Part shown: positions 53,545-64,000 of the stretch, one piece after another
Layout of the letters: every line of letters starts with the position of its first letter
How positions within the stretch are numbered: position 1 is the stretch's first letter
Assembly: GCF_001194135.2 (NCBI RefSeq)
Contig: NC_068982.1
Span: 164,014,827 to 164,078,826, forward strand
Source of the DNA: Octopus bimaculoides
Taxonomy: Eukaryota
DNA: 64,000 nucleotides
Reading direction: 5' to 3'
Made by a program: the position numbers and the translations under genes
The notes under the pieces: model-generated
Told to the model about the DNA's origin: nothing
The model's database searches: none
The model's input: the letters and a program-made list of their open reading frames with translations, nothing else

Positions 53545-54360
53545 AGTTTCAAATTTTGGCACAATGCCACCAATTTCGGGACAGGGAGTAAGTCGATTAC
53601 ATCAGCCCAGTGCTCAACAGGTATTTATTTTATCGACCCTGAAAGGATGAAAGGCAAAGTCGACCAAGGCGGAGTTTGAACTCTGAACGCAAAGACGGAC
53701 GAAATGACGCTAAGTATTTTGTCCGGCGTGCTAACGATTGTCAGTTCGCCGCCTTACTCCTTAGCGGCATTTCTTCCGATTTTAATTTCTGAGTTTAAAT
53801 GCCGCTGATGTCGACTTTGTCTTTTATCCATTTAGGACTGATAAAATAAGTAACAGTTAAACACTAGGATCGACGTAATCGACTTATCCTCTCTCACTAA
53901 ATTGCCAGCTCTGGGCCCAAAATTGAAACCAGTATTACTACTTGCTTTAAAAGGCAGGGGACCGGCACAATCGTTCAGGGCGGAGGACAGAAATGCTTAC
54001 GGTATTTCTTCCGAGTCCTCGCATTCAGAGTTCAAATTCCATCGGAGTCAATTGGCTTTTCATCCTTGCAGGAGTCGGTAATATTAAGAATCTGTTAAGT
54101 GCTGAGATCGATGGTAGCAACTAATTATCTCCCTTTGAAAATTGTTGACCTTGTATTGACATTAGAGACAATTCTTACGGTTTGTCCCAAGAAGATGAGT
54201 GAGCTCGCACACTCGTCAGAGCGTCATACAAAATGTCTGGTATTATTTGTTCTGGGTTTTTACATTCTGCTTTCAAATCTCAATGTCAACTTTGCTTTCA
54301 ATCCTTTTGAAGTCGATAAAAATAAAGTACCCGCAAAATATCGGGGTGGCGTGGATGGTT
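53545..54360. mobile_element. Cluster of four SINE family A copies
   Basis: Minus copy at 53545-53755; plus copies at 53757-53935, 53950-54180 and 54195-54360. Confidence 0.85.
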
Positions 54361-55269
54361 TAGACTAACACGCTCCCTGGCCCCGTACCCTTATTGCTAT
54401 TTGCTTATCCCACACAATAGTGTAGATAAACAGAATAGGTTGCTCAGTGATATCTGTCAACGTACGATCAGTCTTATTGTTTTTATTTATAAGGAGACAA
54501 TCGATTATATAAACTTAAAGATTGGACTGGAAATTTTTATAATTGATCGCTATTTTTTTTTACAGCAGTTGATTAGTTATATAAATAAAATCATTAAATT
54601 TTCAATGTTTATCAAATAAATTGTATTATTTTATTTTGAATATAGTTAGTAGTAATACGTTAAAATAGTTAATTCATCTCTTTGGTTAGTTTAATTTTAC
54701 AAAATTTGATCAATATATGATTTGAAAACATTTTATTATACATGCACGATGAAACATGAAGAGTTAAAAAAGTGCTATTTCCCTTTTCGCTTTTAACCCC
54801 AAAGATTCAGTGTGTTTGGCTGTTACACATGAACTGAAATTCTACTGAAGGGGATCGATAGTATGAGAAGATCGATTGAATCCATTATAAACCTTTCTCA
54901 TGAAAATTATAGTGGAATTGTATATTATATCTACTATTGATTTTTCTCATCATTAGCACAAGGATATACATTTTGGGGGAAGGATAGAGTTTATTTAATC
55001 GATCCTTGTACTTGATGTTTTGTCTCCCTTAGCAGGATTTGAGCAGAAAATAGTGACTGGCTTCAACTTTGACTCACGGCAATGTTGTAAAGCAATATAG
55101 ATTTTTAACATAAGCACTATAGTTACACGCTTTATGGGTTATATTCTGATATAACTCCAGAAATTTACTGGTAACTAGGTTTACCCCCATAGCCACACCT
55201 GCACAATTATACACGATATTTAAGTAATCCATTTTCGTTTATTACCTTCAACAATGCGGGAAAATAAGC

Positions 55270-56160
55270 AAGATACAAAAATATTATGGGAACCTAGTGG
55301 TAAATGCTAATATTTATGTAGTTCAATATCCTCATTCCAATACTAAATTTCAATACTTAATGATATGACTTAAATATCATGTGAATGACACACGCTCTAC
55401 ACACTCTGAAGATAGAACTAATTCTACTTAAATCGTGACCTTTTTAATTGATACTCTCCATGGTCTCTCCGTATCAAAAAATAAAAAAAGAACATTGTGA
55501 CACCTCAGAGAGCAATCACAAAAAGTAATAAATGATATAACTGATCTTAAATTACTACGACCACCTTAACACATCAAAACTCTATTCTCCCCAACGTCGA
55601 CGGAATGCTATATCATTTACACAAGATATACAAATTGCCATTATCCCAAAACAAAGCAAAGAAGAGAAAGATCTGACCCTATTACCTTCAAACAATATCT
55701 GAACAAAAGGATACCAGACAAACTACCTACACATGGGTATATCTCAGTAAACAGCCATTCCCTATTTCAATGGGCAATAATATGAGTAGGAAACCTTAAA
55801 ATAATTCAACATATTCTATCAGGTGATGCTATTGAGTTACAGATGACCCGGGGCCAATATTAACCGAACATATCTACATCTTATTTAAGATAAACTTTCA
55901 GATTTATCTGAACAATCACACACCTCCAAAAAAACCATATACCCATATCACCCCTATATTTAGCTTAATACACGTATACACCTTTATAAGCACTCCCACC
56001 CCTCATCTCTCTTTGACTTTCCTATAAAATTAGTCTCATTAGTCCCTACACCACTCACTCATCTTTTTCCACCAACCTCTTTCTAATTACTCCCTTCTTT
56101 TATTTACTTGCATATTTTCTTCTGGTGAATGACTAACATCCGAAACGTCAAATAATACGT
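55270..56160 (+). mobile_element. Heavily decayed PLE (RT C-terminus to pLTR)
   Basis: atgggaacc...tgctaatatttatg (MGT...ANIYM-like), an HIK stretch resembling S.HP.HIK.SIP, and a terminal hammerhead-like ...ccGAAACGTC at 56142-56149. Confidence 0.5.
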
Positions 56161-56632
56161 ATCATATATATTAGATGATTATATATTTTGACATTAAATA
56201 GAAAAATTCCTCTCTGATATTTTGTATCTGTATGGGAAAGTTTTAACTATTTTTAAAAGCGCAAACGGGAATACTTTAGATGAACTAAAGTAAGACATAA
56301 TACAAATATTTAAATCTTTCGGCTTAAAAGTACCATAAAAAAAATAATGCACTTCTGAATTCATATTAAATTTACACACTGGCTCAAATGATTTAAGAAA
56401 AGCTTACATAAATACGTGTTCGTATTATCCACAATAGTTCTTAAAATCTTATTAAATGATATCTATTGAAGAATTTGGAATCTGTCTCTTACTGCGTATC
56501 TCTTCGTCGGAGACCTTACTACAACAATATCATTCAAGACGGAGGATTGAAAAGTTAGGTTAAGAGTATCCTCAGCTCCAGCCATCATAAAAAGAAACCG
56601 GAACATTATATACAATACGCTCGCCCGCATGG

Positions 56633-57054
56633 TTACTCTTTTACTTGTTTCAGTCATTTGACTGCGTCCATGCTGGAACACCGCCTTTAGTCGAGCAAAT
56701 CGATCCCAGGACTTATTCTTTGTAAGCCTTGTACTTATTCTATCGTTCTCTTTTGCCGAACCGCTATGTTACGGGGATGTAAACACACCAGCATCGGTTG
56801 TCAAGTGATGTTGGGGGGACAAACACAGACACACAAACATACACACTCACTCATATGTACATATACACATATACAACGGGCTTCTTTCAGTTTCCGTCTA
56901 CCATATCCACTCACAAAGCTTTGGTGGGCTCGAGGCTATAGTAGAAAACACTTGCCCAAGGTGCCACGCAGTGGGAGTGATCCCAGAACCATGTGGTTAG
57001 TAAGCAAGCTACTTACCACACTACCACAGCAAGCTACTCACCACAGTCACTCCT
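56633..57054 (-). mobile_element. SINE family B
   Basis: Reverse complement collinear with 12924-13305; internal (CA)/(TA) tract; short duplication in the head (agcaagctac twice). Confidence 0.92.
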
Positions 57055-57390
57055 GTTAGTACGCCAAAATCAACGAAACGTTAGCACACAACATCCCAGA
57101 CGGCCGATTAATCAAGTAAGAACAGCACCATATGAACTGCTGAATGTGTTCTAAAACGTTGAAGAGGTAAGGGTATTAAATCTTTAAACACGATCCGTGG
57201 CACTTAAAGAATTCGCGGATAACAGGAATATGACTGAATGCCTAAACAAAAACATTCATTGAAAGAAAACACGCTAGTGAGTTCGGTTTTTGAAAGTGAA
57301 CAGAGCCACCTTAAGTGCAATTGCGTTTCACCTTAAATAAGACAACCAGTAATAGAGATGTAGAAGTTCCATTTGATGATNNNNNNNNNN

Positions 57391-57450
<60 letters not shown>

Positions 57451-57876
57451 GGATTTCTTAATTTCTCAAAGAGCGTGGAATAATTCTTTTTGGAAGAGTG
57501 GATCTTCTTTATATACGTCTTGTATCCCACTGTCTGTCCAACGTGCGCACATTTCCCCACAGCTGCCAACAACCTCTGTACTGTTTTCATTAACAGCTCG
57601 AATAATTCAGAGATTCGATGAAAGATTGGCTAATGTTTTACCGTTTATACAGCCAGCAGTTCGGGGCATTCTTAGCCATACACTGTCATTTGAACTGCGT
57701 ATGCCAAGATAAACAGGATTACCGTTGTGATAGTTTTAGAACGGCGTATATTCAAACATTATTTTTTTTGTAAATTATATAAAATAATATACATGAAATG
57801 AAATGATATAGATGTATTTTCGATATATTTATATAAATTATTTCACTAATTTATATATATACATATATAGCTGTCT

Positions 57877-57910
<34 letters not shown>

Positions 57911-57920
57911 NNNNNNNNNN

Positions 57921-57951
<31 letters not shown>

Positions 57952-58047
57952 AAATGGTGAATAAAGTAGGAAAGATCGAATTTATTGTATATTAAAACGA
58001 AATTGTAATAACTCAAACAAATATATACATATTTAAATGCTAAAGCC

Positions 58048-58210
58048 GTGACTGTATGTATGTATGTATGTATGTATGTATGTATGTATGTGTGTGTGTG
58101 TGTATGTATGTATGCATGTATGTATGTATGCGTGTATGTATGTATGTATGTATGTGTGTGTATGTATGTATGCATGTATGTATGTATGTGTGTATGTATG
58201 TATCTATCTA
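58048..58210. repeat. (TATG)n/(TG)n microsatellite
   Basis: Directly visible. Confidence 0.96.
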
Positions 58211-58314
58211 TTAAGTATATAATATTGAGTTCTCTTTGTATTTCTGGCCTCCTTGATCTTTGATTCAAAAATTTCTTTCTTTCTCTTTCTCATTCTCTCT
58301 GTGTCTCACTGTCT

Positions 58315-58352
<38 letters not shown>

Positions 58353-58979
58353 TGTATCAACAACATGTATCAATATCATATGTGTGTGTGTTTTTGTATC
58401 ATACATCGGATAATATGTTTGTACACATATATGTATGCACACACACACGTATAATACCTGATACACACACCATTCCCATATAAAATATATACATATATAA
58501 ATATGTTGCACAAACATAAATAACATTAGAAGTATAATTGGGAATGAAGAGCAACGTTATATGCACATACAGACGTCAGCTGCTCTTCAGATATGAACAA
58601 ATCTATCAGAATCAGTGAAGGAGAGAATATTTATGGACAGCTGCTTTGAAAACTATACCCACTCTAGCCAGATTACAAATTTACATTTCTAAATAATCTT
58701 TAGCTGCCGGTTATTTTACTAATATGATAACACGGAGAAGCTGGAGTATCTAGGCAATGAAAGTGACCAGCAATCACATAACTTTCAAATAAAATCTGTA
58801 AGCGAAACACTAAGGACATGCAACACTTTTCTGAAATTTTGGATATCACAATTTCCCGAATAGTTTCCATAATATGGACCACGGCACCGAGTTAAGCAGA
58901 TATTTGGTCTTGAAGATCAGTTGGTTGGCTTTTATTTTGCGTTTCCTTAAAGTCGTCTTCTTGAAGACAAAAAAATGTT

Positions 58980-59141
58980 GGCGCTGCCGTGGCTGTGGAA
59001 TAAGAAGTTTGCTTCCTTACCACATGGTTCCGTATTGAGTACTACTACGTAGCACCTTGGGCAAATGTCTTCCACTATAGCCGCAGGCAGACCAAAGTCT
59101 TGTAAGTGAACTAGGCAGACGGAAACTAAAAGAAGCCCGTC

Positions 59142-59143
<2 letters not shown>
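58980..59143 (+). mobile_element. SINE family B, 5' half
   Basis: Head through gaaactaaaagaagcccgtcg, then (TA)n. Confidence 0.85.
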
Positions 59144-59175
<32 letters not shown>

Positions 59176-59177
<2 letters not shown>

Positions 59178-59283
59178 TAGCAGAGGCACCCGGCGTTGCT
59201 CGGGAATGAAATTGTTGCTTATATACTGGATGATAAAAAGCAAAATATGCTGTATAGAAATTTGAGGACATTCTGTAGATGGA
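59176..59283 (+). mobile_element. Helitron-like 5' end inserted in (TA)n
   Basis: ACTAG followed by the subterminal hairpin CCCGGCGTTGCTCGGG (59189-59204), a terminus type seen in invertebrate non-autonomous Helitron-like elements; the remainder is lost in the gap. Confidence 0.5.
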
Positions 59284-60031
59284 NNNNNNNNNNNNNNNNN
59301 NNNNNNNNNNNNNNNNNNNNNNNNNNNNNNNNNNNNNNNNNNNNNNNNNNNNNNNNNNNNNNNNNNNNNNNNNNNNNNNNNNNNNNNNNNNNNNNNNNNN
59401 NNNNNNNNNNNNNNNNNNNNNNNNNNNNNNNNNNNNNNNNNNNNNNNNNNNNNNNNNNNNNNNNNNNNNNNNNNNNNNNNNNNNNNNNNNNNNNNNNNNN
59501 NNNNNNNNNNNNNNNNNNNNNNNNNNNNNNNNNNNNNNNNNNNNNNNNNNNNNNNNNNNNNNNNNNNNNNNNNNNNNNNNNNNNNNNNNNNNNNNNNNNN
59601 NNNNNNNNNNNNNNNNNNNNNNNNNNNNNNNNNNNNNNNNNNNNNNNNNNNNNNNNNNNNNNNNNNNNNNNNNNNNNNNNNNNNNNNNNNNNNNNNNNNN
59701 NNNNNNNNNNNNNNNNNNNNNNNNNNNNNNNNNNNNNNNNNNNNNNNNNNNNNNNNNNNNNNNNNNNNNNNNNNNNNNNNNNNNNNNNNNNNNNNNNNNN
59801 NNNNNNNNNNNNNNNNNNNNNNNNNNNNNNNNNNNNNNNNNNNNNNNNNNNNNNNNNNNNNNNNNNNNNNNNNNNNNNNNNNNNNNNNNNNNNNNNNNNN
59901 NNNNNNNNNNNNNNNNNNNNNNNNNNNNNNNNNNNNNNNNNNNNNNNNNNNNNNNNNNNNNNNNNNNNNNNNNNNNNNNNNNNNNNNNNNNNNNNNNNNN
60001 NNNNNNNNNNNNNNNNNNNNNNNNNNNNNNN
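59284..60031. other. Assembly gap inside the nested insertion
   Basis: N run. Confidence 1.
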
Positions 60032-60034
60032 TTA

Positions 60035-60086
<52 letters not shown>

Positions 60087-60129
60087 TAAAATAGAGATGT
60101 GTGTGTATATATATATATATATATGTGAG

Positions 60130-60453
60130 ATCCTCTTCGGTCTTTAATAAGCATGAGATTGCAACTAGAAATCCCTCTCCGTGGTACAAGTCCGGGCACA
60201 GTGGTTTTGAGGAAGACCAGCTGTTGCCTATGCATGCGAGACTCTCCTCTCTATGGCACCGATTTTGTCCTAGAGAAAACCAAAGGCTGATACTGCTCGG
60301 CACCAGTGACATCTCATCTCTTTTCTACAACTGAATGAACTGGAGCAACGTGAAGTAGAGTGTATTGTTCAAGAACACAACATACAGCTCGACTCGAGAA
60401 TCGAACTCACAACCTTACGATTGTAAGCTTGTCACTGTAACCACTGAGCCATG
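60130..60453 (-). mobile_element. SINE family C
   Basis: Reverse complement collinear with 2093-2430 (catggctcagtggttacag...gtgagttcgattc...ctccagttcattcagttgtaga). Confidence 0.82.
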
Positions 60454-60454
60454 A

Positions 60455-60682
60455 TTATATATCTGTCTATGTGTTATTCTGTTTGTGCCCTCACCACCGA
60501 TTGACAACCAGTGTTGGTGTATTTACGCCCTAGTAACTTACCGGCTTGGCAAAAGAAACCGAGAGAATAATTACGAGGCATAAAAAAGGAACAAATAAAA
60601 ACTGGGGTCGATTCATTCGACTAAAATTCTTCAAACCAGTGCCCCAGAATAGCTGCAGTCTAATTGACTGAAACAAAAGAAA
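60455..60682 (+). mobile_element. SINE family B, 3' half
   Basis: ttgacaaccagtgttggtgtatttacg...ggcaaaagaaaccgagagaataa...ggggtcgattcattcgac...gactgaaacaaaagaaaag. Confidence 0.8.
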
Positions 60683-60744
60683 AGATGCCTGATGCATTTT
60701 GCTTATTAAGAACAGAAACCGTACAAGGAATTACGACTGATTTT

Positions 60745-61170
60745 TTTCAGGTACCTGTTTGGACCGCTATAGCTGTATTCGAAACACTGGTGATAATAGG
60801 GAGGTTCCTTCATAGTTTTTACACTAATTCAATGCTTCTTAAGATGGTCGCTAGGGACAGAACTCTGTCGTAAAATGAAATGATGGAAATGAGATTTTAG
60901 TAATCTTTGTACCTTTCAGCAGGATAACAATCAAAACCAGAATCTTTGGTATTATGCATCTAGCAGATAGCATTGTTCGGTTCTTAACATCCACAGTTGC
61001 TTGCAGAACGTGGGAAGATCAACGCTTGTCAGAAACTCTGCTGTTATGCTTTTTACGATGGCACGTTTTCCTTCATGTTTTCTTGGTTTACGTTTGATTT
61101 GAATTTCAATTGTAGATCTGATTCGACGAATCAGTTCAGCAATTGTCAGCTGTTGTTATCGCTTCTATGA
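60745..61170 (+). mobile_element. Fossil Tc1/mariner-like DDE domain
   Basis: VPVWTAI (VMVWG.I-like), FQQDN at 60914-60928, and VL...QNVG (VL.WP..SPDL..ENVW-like) in order across frameshifts. Confidence 0.45.
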
Positions 61171-61879
61171 TATTGACTTTTACAATGGTCTTTCTTTACA
61201 CAAAATTTAATAAATTTGATACGAATGACATGATCAACTATGCATCCATGTTGTCTTAGTGATAGTTAAATTATATTCTGCATATAATTCGAAGAGAAAG
61301 CTTCCTGTAAAAGTTTCTTTGTCATCAATCTTCGAAATTATTTTGGAATGATAGGTGGTTACTGGTAATAGTAAAATAGGAGCTAAAATACTTGATGTAA
61401 TGGTACGGAATTTTAATCAAATAAAATTATGCCCTTAATAATGGGAAAACGTTATTAAATTTAGTTAATATATGCAGGTAAGACAAACTAAATTTAATAT
61501 TGCATGCAGTAGGGAGTGAATCTGATTTTAGGGAATGCAAAAACAACTGTAGATATGTTTCGGTCATAGTCATACTCATCAGCAAATTATAGTCTTCCAA
61601 TTATAGCCAGAGCTGGAAAAGAATGCTGATTCATTTTCGTGAACGATTATTGTGTGATGTGATAACTTGCGAAAGAGTCCAAGGATCTATATCAAATTAA
61701 ATATTTTAATGTAACAATCTGTATTAGATTTGATGGTGCTCACTAAAGGAAGTAAGAATTGGTTTCCTCAATGAGAAAATGTTGTCTTAGAGTTCATAAT
61801 CACAAAAGCTTGGATTACATAACCTTTAAGTAACGTATTTAGAATAAACCATGAAAATGTGAAAGGAAGGTTAAGCAAC

Positions 61880-62900
61880 CTAAAAAAACTGTGTTCGCCA
61901 AAACAGAAGTTCCCTGTTGTACAGATAACTTTTTAACTTAGCTAACAGGCCCTGAATGGCTTTATTCTGTTTCAAGTATTTGTAATCCTTGATTCTCTAA
62001 TGCACTTATTGCTGTTACAGCATCCCATTTTTTCGTCTCTTTTTCCATCAGTGCCGATGACAGTGGAAAGGTGATAGGCACTTCGCTTTCCCAATGTGAC
62101 AAGGCCATAAAAATACAAAAACTCTAAAAAATTCAAAATAAATGATAAGTGTATCATCATTTTTTTATCGAAGAATTTTGCATGTGGCATTAGAAATACA
62201 TTCCAACATACATATTCACGATCCTTCAAATTCATTGAAATTTATAGTGAAGCTTGCGTCCCGAAGTCAAATTTACTGAAGGAAAAAGAAAACGAAATTG
62301 CCGACATGAAGCCAACTTATGTAGTGTAAAATGAGGATACCTAATTTTTTCCAAACTATTCTAAACCATAAAATATTCCTTTTCCAAGGCAGCCGACACA
62401 AATATCTGATAAAAAAATTCGAATTGAAGGAAGATTACCTACTTCTTAATTCTTTTGATATGTGTGCCTTCACCCCGCACCCGGCGAAGATTCCGTTATC
62501 ACGTAATGTATAGTGAAAATGCAGGATATTTTCTACAAATCTAATCCTTGATAACACTAAAAAGCAATCGTGAGCTGCATATGGTTGGCACTTATATCCA
62601 CCTCAGCTACAATTAGATAAACTAGATTCTAGTGGCACATTTGATAGCTCAGGAACACCATCCTGGATTCTGTACAATGTAGGTGAGTGTAAAATAATCA
62701 TCAGACGATAGTACATCATATCGACTGACCAAACTACGGCTTTAAACAAACTCTCCTCATTTCTACTAATTTATAGCTGTATAAGACAATAACTTTCTCA
62801 TTTTTGTATTATTTGCCGAAAGTTGGTGCGAAACGCAATTCAATTAACTATTGAGGAATGACTCTTACGTTTCTTTCTTATACAACATAAACATTGCATT
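61880..62900 (-). mobile_element. Fossil PIF/Harbinger-like transposase
   Basis: In order on the minus strand: NNTKMRK (62794-62813; K.DT.MR.AI-like), IVAEV, FAGC..EGTHI (62457-62471; FPGC.GAIDGTHI-like), SDICVGCLG (DV.VGWPG-like), LGKRSAYHLST (62064-62082; LGDSAYPL-like). Confidence 0.6.
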
Positions 62901-63963
62901 ACAAGTAATAATTGTGCAAATTGATTATTTATGGCACAGTGCAGTCCGTTAGAGAGAAAATACGTCAACTTATCCTATGAGTTAAGATTCAATTTTGTAG
63001 ACATTGGTAGTCAACTAATACAATCTGTCAAATTTGGTAAATAAACAGACCATAATTTCTCAAGAAAGAGATCAAAATGTTGGTTTCTTTCATGGGTAAA
63101 AAGCCAATTATCAATTTTCCCTCAGTACAAAGAAGTATTTAATCTAATGAATCGACTGTAGTATATTACCGGTACACATTTTATGAACGTCAAAAGGATT
63201 GAAAGAAAAGATTAAGTGCCCAATGTTGCGGAAACCGGAGATAAGTCCCAGTCCCATGGGCAATTGTGCTTCGGAAAATGATTACTTCATTTTAGCATAA
63301 ACAGTGTTTAATAAATGTCACATAATGAATTAACATAGAGATAATGAATGAAAAAACAAATATCGAATATATATAAAATAAGCGATTAACCCATACAAAA
63401 AAAAAAAAAAATTAATAAAAGCCATATTAGACACATTAATGGCTGATTGGCTAAGAAATTTAATTTGCAGCTACGTGGCTACAAGTTCGATTCTGTTCTG
63501 AATTTTAGGTGTTGTTTACTGCCAAAGAATCAACTAGACCAGTATATTAAGAGTTAAATGTGAAAAAGTTTTCCCTCTAAAATTGGGATAACTCAATAAT
63601 GTAGACTAGTATTTTGTTAGCTAATTCCAATTCTAGTAGAAAAGTTTCCAGTTCAGGAGAGGGGCTGTTGGGCTTTTCGACTAGCAAAAGATAAGCAATA
63701 GTAAGAATAACTAGTTTAAACTCTGTGTGTGTTCTGTAACGCAGGTGGAAATATAGATACATACATACATACATACATACCTAAATGCATGCATACGTAT
63801 GTATCAAAATATGTGTGTGTGTGTGTGTGTGCGGCGTGGTTCACTTTAAGCTGCTTTCATCTATTCAATAGATCACTATCAAATCATTATATATATATAT
63901 ATACATATTGATTTGATAGCGATCTATTGAATAGGTTAAAGCAGCACACACACACATATATTT

Positions 63964-64000
<37 letters not shown>

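Noticed and set aside
62607-62682. Clean 76-nt plus-strand exon as evidence of a host gene
   Set aside because: It lies antisense within a run of ordered Harbinger transposase motifs; the peptide is unrecognised and no partner exons were found elsewhere. Kept only as a low-interest exonisation candidate.

Overview
AT-rich, microsatellite-dense eukaryotic DNA from a draft assembly, with N gaps at 9357-9555, 20960-21251, 25072-25816, 33022-33286, 34600-35322, 46956-47532 and 59284-60031, plus several 10-N gaps. The repeat repertoire (abundant tRNA-derived SINEs, an RTE LINE with a (GAT)n tail, and (TA)n/(CA)n/(ATCT)n tracts) looks to me like an octopod cephalopod genome; this is an inference. 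I recognise no host protein-coding gene, rRNA, functional tRNA or CRISPR array, so the window reads as intergenic DNA or a very large intron. Nearly all long ORFs in the track are microsatellite or N-gap artefacts, or transposon remnants. Identifiable content: three tRNA-headed SINE families (A, B and C below), non-LTR retroelements (R4/Dong-like x2, RTE, CR1-like, an ORF1-like fragment), several Penelope-like elements (PLEs) with hammerhead ribozyme motifs, and fossil DNA transposons (piggyBac, Tc1-like, Harbinger-like, a Helitron-like end). The most notable object is a single PLE insertion at 7644-8132, bounded by a 13-bp target-site duplication. It combines a GIY-YIG tail, a tRNA-like Pol III promoter and a minimal hammerhead ribozyme, with its upstream part inverted. 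All alignments and translations were done by eye.
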